From the NCBI RefSeq assembly GCF_006345805.1, contig NW_021835709.1, positions 1-50,189 on the forward strand: a stretch of 50,189 nucleotides of DNA. The letters are read 5' to 3'. Shown in pieces: positions 24,613 through 36,601 of this stretch. The notes beneath the pieces are model-generated. The model had not been told where the DNA came from, did no database searches, and worked only from the letters and a program-made list of their open reading frames with translations. The position numbers and the translations under genes were made by a program. How positions within the stretch are numbered: the first letter of the stretch is position 1; each line of letters opens with the position of its first letter. The stretch comes from Octopus sinensis (Eukaryota).

Positions 24613-25154
24613 GACTAGTAGACCCGGATTACAGAGGGGGAATATTATCAAGGTCCTGAATGACAGCGAAAGTATTTTGACAAACCTAGTTAATTAATTG
24701 ACTGAAACGATTCATTAAAACACTGATTAGTTAAATGGTTACATATTTAACCAATATAAAAGTAATAATAAAGAGATAAAACAGAATCAGTGCGTGTGTT
24801 TATAATTGGCATAAGGACCCACCTAAAATACAACAAAATATGTCCTCAACACACAAGTCCCTCTCAAAAATCTTGAAAACTAAATACTAAAACGGAACCT
24901 CATAAGACTTTCTCTGCGAATACTAGAACTAATTTTTCTGGTTGTATTAATGTCTATGTCAGGTTTTATATGTCGCAAATGAAGACATTAAGATGTGACG
25001 GGGGGCGAGTTTGAGTTTTTATATCCCCCCTGGGTCGAAGGTCAAACAGGATGGTTTACCGACGAGTATTAGACGAGTAATTCAAGGATGATTTCAAAGC
25101 CCGCTGACAAAAAAATGATTTAAATAAAATAAAATAATATATAATTTATCATAA

Positions 25155-25197
25155 CAAGTCACGCAAGTGTGTGCGTATATATATATATCCATATATA

Positions 25198-25239
<42 letters not shown>

Positions 25240-25446
25240 TATATTATATATGTATATATTATATTATATATGTATAGTATATTATAATATATATATATAA
25301 TAATATTTATATATAATATAAGTATAAATAGATGTATAATATAATATGTATATATATATATATGTATACAATATATCTATATATATGTGTGTTATATATA
25401 TATTATACATTATATATATGTGTATATATTAAGGGTAAATAAATAA

Positions 25447-25496
<50 letters not shown>

Positions 25497-25865
25497 GTAT
25501 GCACATAAATATATAAGTATATATTGTTATATATATATATTATGTATATAAAATATATGTAATATATATATTGTGTATATATGTATATTATATACATCAT
25601 ATATATGTGTGTATATATGTATAATATATCTACATATATATATAGATATGTATATATATGTATGCATATAATATATACATCTATATATATGTATATATAT
25701 ATTACATCTATATATACATCTATATATTGTATATATATTACATCTATATATATGTATATATATATACCTCTATATATAGTACATGATATAATATATACAT
25801 ATATATCTATATATATCTATATATATTATATACATCTATATATATGTATATAATATATATATATA
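25155..25865. repeat. Long TA-rich low-complexity tract
   Basis: Direct reading. Confidence 0.9.
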
Positions 25866-25899
25866 TGTGTGTGTATGTGGGTGTTTATGTGATAGTTTA

Positions 25900-26088
25900 A
25901 TCCAAACACGAACAAAGAGAAAACACACAACGAGAGGACTTTGAACCAGTATAGTGTTATTGGACGCTTACGAAAGGGAAGAACGAAGGAGGATTTAATG
26001 TTTCGAGCAGAGCTCTTCGTCAGAAATATGGAAAAAAAGGAAAAGTCCAAGGAAGGAAATATGGAGAAAGAAAATCGCCAACGATTTA
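25900..26088 (-). mobile_element. Microsatellite-embedded non-autonomous repeat carrying a hammerhead motif
   Basis: Bounded by TA/TG microsatellites; a partial inverted copy lies at 26657-26745; hammerhead motif at 25993-26027. Confidence 0.6.
25993..26027 (-). ncRNA. Minimal hammerhead motif, one core-adjacent mutation
   Basis: Minus strand AUUU-CUGACGA-A-GAGC[UCU]GCUC-GAAAC-AUU-AAAU; AACAUU is one CpG-type transition from AACGUU. Confidence 0.6.
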
Positions 26089-26221
26089 CATATATATATT
26101 TAAGCATATACACACGTATATTTACATATGTAAATGTGTGTATTTATGCATGGTTAACATGTATTTGAGGGACGGTTGACTATAGATATGCAGTAGACTT
26201 CGTCGTCGCTACAGCAGCCGC

Positions 26222-26285
<64 letters not shown>

Positions 26286-26471
26286 TAGTAGTAGTAGTAG
26301 CGGGTCGGAAGGACGACTTTGAAATTGAGCACAAAAGCACACAGTGAAATCCATCGTTAGATAGAGTTTGGTTGTATCCCAAGATAAGGTATTTATATCA
26401 TAGACGTGTACATATCTTGTGCATGATACAATATGCAGATATGCAGACACATATATATATGTATGTATATA

Positions 26472-26517
<46 letters not shown>

Positions 26518-26656
26518 TATACATATATCATATATATATATATACTTGCATATATATATCATATACCTATATACACACACGCATATATATATACATGCAT
26601 GTATAACATATATATATATATGTACATAATCTATACATACATATATATATATATAT

Positions 26657-26745
26657 ATTCTTTCCCTTCCTGAGCGTCTGCTAAAACATTACATGTACCA
26701 CGAAGTCGCGTTGTTGTTTTTTGTGTTTTTCTTTTGGGATTTAAT
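26657..26745 (+). repeat. Partial inverted copy of the 25900-26088 element within (TA)n
   Basis: Reverse complement reads aatcc..acaacgcga...gacgctcaggaagggaaagaa, compared with aatcc..acaacgaga...gacgcttacgaaagggaagaa. Confidence 0.6.
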
Positions 26746-26752
26746 ATTATAT

Positions 26753-26792
<40 letters not shown>

Positions 26793-26870
26793 ACATATAT
26801 ATATATATATCTACATATATATATTATCTACATATATATATATAGATATATATATATATATATATATATA

Positions 26871-26926
<56 letters not shown>

Positions 26927-26930
26927 TATC

Positions 26931-27005
<75 letters not shown>

Positions 27006-28204
27006 TACACATGCACACACATATACGTAGCTTATTTCATATCGTGCTTATGTGTGTACACATGTACTCGTTCTAGCATTTGAGCGAGGAGTGTGTACAT
27101 GTTTGTGCCGTGTGTATAATTATGAATGCCTATGTATATGTGCGAAATGCGTGTATTGAATAAGTTATTAATATTACCGAATATTGTTTATTTAAACGTC
27201 ATTGTAAAACTGCATATGTTTTGTTTTTCGGTGTATCATTACCCTCCTGGGACCTCTCCTATATCGAATTCTCGTAAATCATGCACTCTTGCTCAACATT
27301 CGTACATTCGTGTATGACTCTCACTCATTTTTCTTTCCTATTACACAATACATCAAGTATTTATCTACATTTTTTTTCCATCCCAGTACGGGTAATAATA
27401 CGTTCACACCCGTTTCCTTGTCATTTCTTTGTACCAGTCGTAGAGTATTTTCTTGTTATTATTTGCTGTATTTCTAATTTGTTTACTGTTGCTTGTTTTT
27501 TGATGGGGCATTATATAAGTATAAACATTTATATACTTATACATTTGTGAGTGACTAGTTTACTTGCAGAGTTGATGAACCTATAACATCAAATCTAAAG
27601 TTATCATCAACGAGACAACAGAGAAGAAATTTGATGTTGTCACACGATCCTCAATGTGCTACATTTAGCAGCCGAAATCTCCCCATGTCCGAAAATACCC
27701 CTTAAACAAATATGGTACACTTTATAGTTTAATTTTATGCCTGAAAACTAGAAAAATAACACACGGCCTGTTCCAACCGAGATGTTCTCGTTCTATTTTA
27801 TTTATATAATGTTGATTGCTTTTAGATAAAGCTACGAGTTTGAAACTGCCCAGAGTTATCTCTCTTCAATATTTCTCATGGAGGAAGGCTAAAGAGCAAG
27901 AAACGTGTGTCTGGCAAACCACTAGAGGGTAGCACTGTGCAGATGTGGTGGTTTTACGTTTTTATACCATAAGAGACAATTTGTTTGTCCACGGTAACTG
28001 TAGTCAATTTGCCTTTAGAAGTTGAAATATGTAACAAACATGTTCTAACTAACCTAAAGTTCGTATGCACATTCACACAGGCGCGCACGCACTAACATAC
28101 ACACCTACAAACACGCAGATGTGTGCACATACACACAAACATATATACATATATAATATAATATATATATATATATATTATATATATATATATAACGCTT
28201 AGAT

Positions 28205-28570
28205 ATGTTTCGACCAAAGATTGGTCCAGGCCATGTCTAACTTAGTAGCACCACCTGACAGGATTATCTAAATCCCTTTTAAGTCAAGTTTTGTGGTATT
28301 ATGGTCCATTCAAGTAGTGAGTTCTTGTTGAGTGAGTTGTATCCAAGTATAGTGGCTTATCTGGTATTCTTCGAAGAAATTTGCCCTGACTCCGTTTAAA
28401 GGTAATGGGATCCTTTTCCTCTTTGATCAGTTTTCAATGTTAAATAGGGCAGAGCCTGTTGAGGAAAAGAAATTGTGTCACAGTGTACTCATACGTTGTG
28501 ATCCTGAATTGGCCAGGGGACGTATGGCACGTCGTCCCAGTCTTGGATGAATCTTTAAGCTAATATGTGT
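28205..28570 (-). mobile_element. 3' end remnant of a CR1-group-like LINE (ORF2 C-terminus plus 3' UTR)
   Basis: Frameshifted peptides HPRLGRRAIRPLANSGSQRMSTL*HNFFSSTGSALFN, KDPITFKRSQGKFLRRIPDKP and GYNSLNKNSLLEW follow the LFNxLP..FKxxLDxFL..IPDxP..GY..NS pattern of invertebrate CR1-like ORF2 ends. Family named from memory. Confidence 0.7.
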
Positions 28571-28571
28571 T

Positions 28572-28865
28572 TGTTTTCATTCGGTTTCCTTGTATGTCTC
28601 CACTGTCCTGTTTTTGTTCCCAACTTTGACCCTCTATAAATCTTGAATTTTATTTTGGTATTTATGAGAGCAACTGTCTTCGAAGACTCATATTGTTGTT
28701 GAATGCTCTAAATGAAGAGTAGATAGACAGCCACCAACCGATGAAGGGTCGTTCATTATATTACTTGTCCTGTTTTCCATTTGTTTTTGTCGTTGTTTGC
28801 GTATTGAACTCTTTTGTCTTCGTTATTCATGTTGTTTACTGTTGGTTACGTCCTGTACCCACATA
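28572..28865. mobile_element. Microsatellite-associated non-autonomous element of unknown class
   Basis: Abuts (TA)n; a terminal fragment recurs at 16229-16273. Confidence 0.5.
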
Positions 28866-28868
28866 ATC

Positions 28869-28893
<25 letters not shown>

Positions 28894-28903
<10 letters not shown>

Positions 28904-29141
28904 AATTAAGGACTGAACACGAAAAGGTGGACAGTCAACATGCTAGATATAGACGTCAAATCGCCATTCTCCACAAAGATTTTGTTCTCAAATAAAAATA
29001 AAATTCAGCACGACCTATAGGTCGTGCTGAATTTTATTTTTATTTGAGAACAAAATCTTTGTGGAGAATGGCGATTTGACGTCTATATCTAGCATGTTGA
29101 CTGTCCACCTTTTCGTTTTCAGTCCTTAATTGGTATATATA
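28894..29141. repeat. 248-bp palindrome with no spacer
   Basis: Centre GACCTA|TAGGTC between 29017 and 29018; one arm mismatch seen (28918 C versus 29117 T). Confidence 0.95.
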
Positions 29142-29229
29142 AATATTTAATCTTCGGATTCTTTTTAATGTGCTAGACCACTGGTTTTAATTGACTAATA
29201 TCAATTTCTACCCTTAATTTTTAAATTTT

Positions 29230-29274
<45 letters not shown>

Positions 29275-29420
29275 TATGCGTCTACACAAATCTAACTACG
29301 CTTGTACATCATGTTATTGCATTACAGCAGTGTCTGGACACTGACCTTACAAATACCAAATACTAACGTGTCAACATCAACACACACATACACCCATACA
29401 CACACACACACACACACACA

Positions 29421-29463
<43 letters not shown>

Positions 29464-30546
29464 TATATCTAATATATATATTTATTTTATATACATATAC
29501 ATGCATATATATGTGCATATTTATATACATATACATACAAACACACATACATATATAAATTATATTATATATATATATATGTGTGTGTATATACATAAAC
29601 TCATATGTGTGTGTGTGTGTGTGTGTGTGTGCGTATGGGTGCGCGCAGACTTACATTTACATATATTTATAATATGCATACGCGTATGCATATTATATCT
29701 GCATACACTATGTACATACATATCAGTCGAAACCAAGATAAGTGGGTTTTTTGAGAAAATGTCAGATTGAAAGCGGACTACAAGAATGTCAAACGTTTTT
29801 ATTTTTAAGTTTATATAGTACTTTTATTTTCTAGTTTGCTTAATTATAAATATAGGATATACGCCATTTTTGTTTTTATTTATTTTTCTAATTAGGGTTA
29901 GCTATTCACTGTACCAAATTTACACAGCGCGAAGTCTTCCCCCCTAAAATCTACCACTGGTAAAGTAACCTCGTAAATTCTCGAAGCTATTAACTCGATA
30001 TTTTCCTGACATTTCTGTCGTGAATGATTTCAATAATTCAAAACTAAATAAATTTAAATTATCTATTAAAATCTCTTATTCTGTTTCAAATGTACTTTTA
30101 CAGCCGGACAAATGAATTTATTAAAAGCAACCTTCTTTAATACTGAATCTCCAAAATTAAATGACAGATTTTTTTTTAATCTCAAAATGGTTACGTATGC
30201 AAAAGTGAGTCAGAGGATTGTGTATATATATATATATACCGACTTTTTAGCAGCTTATTTATAAAACTCCTGGTAAACAGAACACATTTTAGGTTTCTCC
30301 TGGGGTGAAGCCCATTAAGTTAATTGCTTCAATTCATTACCATACTCAAACAGACCAATCTGATTTAATAAAACTGTGTCCTTAATTGCCCGGTTATTTT
30401 AAGAGAACAAAAATGGCGGAGAAAGGAAAAGGCGGATAATTCACATCGGTTTAGTAGCTTATGGAGTCAGATATCAAAAAATACTTAATCTCTACTCTTC
30501 TGTAGAATGATCTAATTTAATGCCACATCAGTACTAGAAGGATACT

Positions 30547-30752
30547 GGTTTCAAATCTTTGCCATAAGAAAAGCAAATTCAAAAGAGGGGGGTAAGTCTA
30601 TTACATTGATTTCCGTGCTCAACTGGTACTTATTTTATCAACCCCGAAAGGATAAAAATAAAGTCGACCCCCCGTGAGAATTGAACTCAGAACGTACCCA
30701 ATACCGTTAAGTATTTTGCCTGGCGTGCTAACGATTCTACTAGCTCGTCGCC
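30547..30752 (-). mobile_element. SINE family A
   Basis: Reverse complement of ggcgacgagctagtagaatcgttagcacgccagg...gagttcaattc...gtcgacttt. Confidence 0.8.
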
Positions 30753-30780
30753 TTCCTAAAGATAGAATGTTGTTTGTTCC

Positions 30781-31054
30781 TTCTCAAGCCATGCCTGGCT
30801 CATAAGGGCCGGTTTCCCGGTTTCCTGGCGTATAGGTTTACCCCCTGGACGGGATGCGGTCCGTCGCAGTGAGCTGCTGGCAAGATGCAGGAGGAAAGAG
30901 TGAGAGAAAGTTGTGGCGAAAGAGTCAGCAGAAGTTCGCTATTACCTTCTGCCAGAGCAGCGTGGAGCTTAGGTGTTTCGCCCGGTCTGAGATTCGAACC
31001 CGCGATTCCTCGACCGCGAGTCCGCTGTTCTAACCACTAGGCCATGTGCCTCCA
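30781..31054 (-). mobile_element. SINE family C variant
   Basis: Minus-strand head tggaggcacatggcctagtggttag...gggttcgaatctc; tail shares aaaccgggaaaccgg with 13360-13604. Confidence 0.85.
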
Positions 31055-31564
31055 CTCCAACGATAGAATTGTATGACTTAAATTTTGAGTAAAGAAAATT
31101 TGAAATTGTAAAACACAGTTGCCATGACAACAATTTATTCTTTCTGTACCAGATTTACTGTCGTTAAACGTATCGTATGCTCATTCCTCATTTGAATCCA
31201 AGACTCATTCATTTGCGATCTTAACTATTTTGCTATCTCAACCATTTTTTTTACTTTTCTTTCCGCCATTTTGCCTAATATTTTTAGAGCTGCAATATAT
31301 CAGAGGAGAATCTCTCTCTAAAAACGAAAAACAAATATATAAAACTGGGTTGAAAAAACAAAGAATTTCACGTCGTTTTTCTTTTTCTTTCTTTTGCTTT
31401 TTTTGGTTTTTTTTTTGGTTTTTTTGCGTAACTATTCCTTAATGGAGCTACTTAGCACTTATCATAGAAACAGGCGTAACAAGAACTTGACCTGGTTGCT
31501 GACGGTGGCGCTGGAGTCGCTTTCGCTGGTGATAATGAAGTTACTGTCGCTGTTGCTCTTTCTG

Positions 31565-32290
31565 ATGATAAAGGTGGTTATGATGATGACGACGACGAGG
31601 GGGAAGAGGGGAGGAGGATAATGATGATGATGAAGAGGAGGAGTAGGAGGATAATGAAGATGATGATGATGATAATGATGGTGGTGGTGGCGAAAGGTAT
31701 GATGATGATGAAGATGGTGATGGTGATGGTGATTAATGATGATGATGATGATGATAAAGATGGTTATGATGATGACGACGACGACGATGACGATGATGAT
31801 GATGAGGAGGAGGAGGAGAAGTAGGAGGATAATGAAGATGATGATGATAATGATGGTGGTGGTGATTAATGATGATGATGATGATGATGGTGGTAGCGGT
31901 GATGTTGATGATTATGATGATGATGATTGTGGTGGTGGTGATGGTGGTGTTGATGATGATGATGTCTTGATGTTGATGGTGAATATGATGATGATGGTGA
32001 TGATGAGGGGCGAGGATGATGGCGGTGATGATGACGACGACGGCGACTATGATGATATTCTTGTTGCTGATGTTAATGTCTTTAATGATGCTGGTAAAGA
32101 TGACGCAGTTGGTGCTTTGCTAGTATTCTTGAAGACGACCACCACGATGACGGTGATGATGATGATGGTTGTGGTGGTGGTGGTGGTGGTGAAGACGATG
32201 ATTATGACGATGAGGATTATCATGATGATCATGATGATGGTGGTGGTGATGGTGATGAAAACGATGATAATGATGACAGCGACGATGACA

Positions 32291-32322
<32 letters not shown>

Positions 32323-32438
32323 GAAGACGATGATGATACTGAGCATGGTGGTGATGATAATGACGACGACGACTACGAAGAAGAGGAAGGAGAAGAAGAA
32401 GAATTTATATTGTTGTTGATGATGATGATGATGATGAT
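31565..32438. repeat. Long compound (GAT/GGT/GAC)n tract with internal duplications
   Basis: Direct reading; gtaggaggataatgaagatgatg occurs near 31642 and 31820. Confidence 0.9.
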
Positions 32439-32441
32439 ACG

Positions 32442-32542
<101 letters not shown>

Positions 32543-32908
32543 TGGTTTACATTTCCATTCATACCCTTGAAATGTAAATTACCATTTTCTTCCAAAATTG
32601 TCTGTCGTTTAAAATTACGCAGGAAATTAGCGAAATATTTCGAATTTATATATATTTGTCTACTTATTTATGTCCTGTTGTTTTGTTTTTCTTAAATTAA
32701 TTGCTATTTCTCTTTTGCTTTATTTATTTTTTTTTGTTCTTTTTTGTTTTTTTTTTCGTTATCTTTTTTTTGTTTTTTCTTTCACTAATTTCTTCATTAA
32801 GTAACTCTTTGCTACCCTGCAATTAGTGACTAAGGAAAAAATACCAGTTTAACCATTTCTTTTGATATCTTCGCCAAAAACTTTACCCCACGCTACGCTC
32901 CACATACG

Positions 32909-32946
<38 letters not shown>

Positions 32947-33026
32947 ATATATATATATATATATAATATATATATATATATACATACATACATATACATA
33001 CATACATGCATACATACATATATACA

Positions 33027-33089
<63 letters not shown>

Positions 33090-33267
33090 TTATTGGCATC
33101 TATACATATATAGGCATGTATGTATGTATGTATGTATATATATGTATGTGTGTATGTATGTACTGAAGTACTTATCACAGAGACATTTAAATAAGTGAGT
33201 GGTGGGGTGTGTAGAAAGTAAGATAACTGATGGCTTTACTCATGGAGTCTTACTGGTATCATCTCAT

Positions 33268-33612
33268 TTGATGATGATGGTGATGATGATGATGATGATG
33301 ACGATGACGATGACGGTGGTGCCGGCAGTGATGGCAGTGGTGGCGATAATGGTGGTGATTGTGGTGGTGTTGGTGTTGTTGGTGGTGGTGGAGGTGGTGG
33401 TTGAGGTGGTGGTGGAGGTGGTGGTGGTGGTGTTGGTGGTGGTGGTAGTGGTGGTGGTGAATTTAATGATGGTAAGGAGGAGGAGAAAGAAAAATGTGAA
33501 GAAGTAGAGAAGATGATGATGATGATGATGATGATAATGACGACGACAACGACGAGGAGGAGGAGGAGGTGGTGGAAGAGGAGGAGGAGGCGGAGGCGGA
33601 GGCGGAGGAGGC
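33268..33612. repeat. Compound GAT/GGT/GAG tract
   Basis: Direct reading. Confidence 0.9.
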
Positions 33613-33649
33613 AAGTAATGAGTTTTAAAAAGAGGCAAAGTAGAAGGCT

Positions 33650-34510
33650 ACTGACAATTTATTTTGGTTCCAGTCTGAACGGCAAGTGTAGAACAACTTC
33701 GCCATAAATCTTAACTTTATTTCTTATTTATTATCTGCGATAGGAATTGGAACTACCATTTCCTTCTGTATCAATCATAACTGAATTCACATCTGATAAC
33801 GAGGTTTTCCAATCATGCCCACATTTAGCACAAACAAAACACCCAGTCTCCCTGACCCCCCCAAAATGGTTTCTTCTTGCGTAATCAAACCAAGTTACTT
33901 TCCTGGGTCGTGTTAATATCAACAGTATATGCTACATATAAGAAGGTTTCTTATCGGTTTTGGGCGGCAACCCAACTTTAAAAATCGCTTTACCAGAGGC
34001 AATGATTAGTCTCCACTTTCCGGGTACACGCTTGTAGCCACCCTCTTGCACCGGACCATTGACAACTAATATCGGTTTCAAATTTTGGCACAAGGCCAGC
34101 AATTTCGTGAGAGAGGGTCAGTCGTTTACATCGACCCCAGTGCTGAACTGGTACTTATTTCATCGACATATGAACTTTCTCTCTCTGTTTCCATATCACT
34201 AAGCGAGTCTTAAGAACTGTTATCTTGTTGGTGGAAATAACGATGAATCTGCTTCATTATGAAGTACTGGTTTATGGTTCACCTGGTGAGGCTAGTTGAT
34301 CAGTGATTATTTTTCTTGATGCACCCAGCTCTCTAAGCCATACAAAAACATAACAATCATCATTGCGATTTCTGAATTCCCATCAAATCGTGGGAAGTGC
34401 GAATGCCATGGATCTTCGTTTCCGATTTAAACAAGTTGTTAACATTACATTGAACCAAGTATAGTAAATTTAATCTTTATATCAAACTTAACGAGGTTGT
34501 CTTGTTAGAA
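33650..34510 (-). pseudogene. Decayed Chapaev3-like (CMC group) transposase, interrupted by a SINE fragment
   Basis: Collinear minus-strand motifs: NRKRRSMAFALPTI*WEFRNRNDDCY (cf. GKRKSMPFxxPMxWREPxNHxDDCYFC), KPVLHNE (cf. RPVPH), an acidic linker, GLPPK..KVTWF, then GN/PIPIA, IYGEVV (cf. ICGDLKVV) and QTGTK (cf. QxGYTKY). Later motifs are weak; family recalled from memory. Confidence 0.6.
34074..34168 (-). mobile_element. Family A SINE 3' fragment inside the transposase relic
   Basis: ggtttcaaattttggcacaaggccagc...atcgaccccagtgctgaactggtactta. Confidence 0.85.
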
Positions 34511-34843
34511 GGCCGAATACTGCGCCGTTAGATTTAAGAGGTGCTCACATACAAGAGCTAGGTGCCTAAAAGCACGGATATATATATCGTAGAAGACCTT
34601 TTAGTACTAATATTGCATCCGTCGCTTCTAATTATTTTTTACTAAGCTTGCTGGTTATTTTCAAAATTGGTGGCTGAAAAGACATGTAAATTCAACGTAT
34701 CGTTGGCAGTGAGATTTAGGTGGTAAGCAGCGGTGACTGGGCGGCTGCCACTGAGGAAATCCAGTAGACTGAAATCCTGGAATCTGGCAGCTCTGGAGCC
34801 CATAATAGACGATTCTCCTCTGCTTCAATTTATGTCTATATGA

Positions 34844-35064
34844 GGCGGCGAGCTGGCAGAATCGTTAGCACACCGAGCGAAATGCTCAGTGGTATTTCGT
34901 CTACCGCTACGTTCTGAGTTCAAATTCCGCCGAGGTCGACTTTGCCTTTCATCCTTTCGGGGTCGATTAAATAAGTACCAGTTACGCACAAGGGTCAATT
35001 TAGTCGACTTAATCCCTTTGTTTGTCCCCTCTGTGTCTAGCCCCCTACGGGCAATAAAGAAATA
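34844..35064 (+). mobile_element. SINE family A with tail B
   Basis: Full head and core, tail ...gggcaataaagaaata; ATATGAG on both flanks is a possible TSD. Confidence 0.9.
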
Positions 35065-35740
35065 CATATGAGAGAGGACCCCCTCAAGCCTCATACCGCA
35101 GTGGTCGGCTTTCTAACAAGAGATCCACGTTAAGTTGGATATAAAGATTGCTTTTGGCATTAATACTACTTCCATCGCTAACAATTATTTTAAAGTAAAA
35201 GCGGTACCCCAGATCCTACAACAAAATTGTTCTTGCAGACAAGTTTCGTTCTTGATATTACTGTGAGGTTTCTTTGTTGTTGCTAGAATATATACGGTGT
35301 ATATTATCCCCAGATGCAGCAGACTATCAGTGTGGTGTATATACACACAGAGGCCTACTTGATGCCATTCTGAATTACCATAAAAAAAATCTGGTAAAAT
35401 AATTAGGATATGTCAAATAATATGTCCGCCCTTTCTTATGAAAAAAAAGCCATAGAATATATTGATCTAAATGGAAGCTCAGAATAAACTAGAATTGAAT
35501 TTCGTAAAATCTGGACGTGATAGAAACATTCTAAATACAGATATGAAACCATTGTATCAGAATTGTCCCCCAACATCTGTTTATTTTCCCGTAACAGAAT
35601 CTTTATTGCCTAATGTCAGACATGTATAGGAAATATATAAGGCGGACGATGTCAACCGACCGTCTCTGATCACTATTTTAATTCCAGGCTTCGGTTATTT
35701 TCCTTTCATTTTAGTTGTATTTATGTCTAATGTACCAAAA

Positions 35741-35955
35741 GTGGTAAGCTGGCAGAATCGGTAGAGCGTCGGTCAAAATGTTTACCGGCATTACTTCTAA
35801 CCCTTTATGTTCTGAGTTCAAATTTCCCCCTCGTTAACTTTACTTTTCACCTTGTCAGGTGCGATAAAATAAATACCAGTAAAACACTCGGTTCGGTGTA
35901 ATTGACATACCTCTGCTTTAAAATTGCTGGCTTTGTGTCAAAATTTGAAACCATT
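35741..35955 (+). mobile_element. Diverged family A SINE
   Basis: gtggtaagctggcagaatcg...gttctgagttcaaatt...aaatttgaaacca. Confidence 0.75.
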
Positions 35956-36503
35956 AGATAAGGATGATTGCTACCACCTCTGATCACTGTTTCTTTCCAA
36001 ACTTTCGTTGTTTTCCTTTCATTTTTTCTTTTTTTTCTCTTTTTGTCCTTAACACTTTCCGCAATAACACAATTACAATAACTGTCATTGCCGAGCCCCA
36101 CACCTCTCTATCGCCCAAAGTTTCAAATACCGTATGACAGAAATGTTCAGACTTGGAAATAATCATATACACAGACAAAGCATTAGTAAATAATCCCACG
36201 ACGACGACGACCACCACCACCATCACTACCATCACTACCATCACTACCATTACTACAACCCTCTATCATAACCATACACCTATCAGATCTCTGAAGCTAG
36301 CGCGCTTTCTTTTCGATTTTTGTTGTAAATATAGTGTTTGTGTAGTTATTTACTTTCAAATTTTGATAACACTATCCGAAACTTTGATTCTAATTAATGA
36401 TGTCAACTACGTAATGTATGTCTGCATATATATGGACGGAAACTGAAAGAAGACCGTCGTGTATATATACATACATACATACATACATACATACATACAT
36501 ACA

Positions 36504-36539
<36 letters not shown>

Positions 36540-36561
36540 TACATACATATACACACACACT

Positions 36562-36601
<40 letters not shown>

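Noticed and set aside
28207-28226. Hammerhead at GACCA-ATCTT-TGGTC-GAAAC
   Set aside because: No CUGANGA upstream; better explained as the LINE 3' stem-loop.
33731-33922. GCFVCAKCGHDWK as a TFIIS-like zinc ribbon or 3CxxC exon
   Set aside because: Only half a zinc motif is present, and the position fits better with a decayed Chapaev3-like transposase frame.
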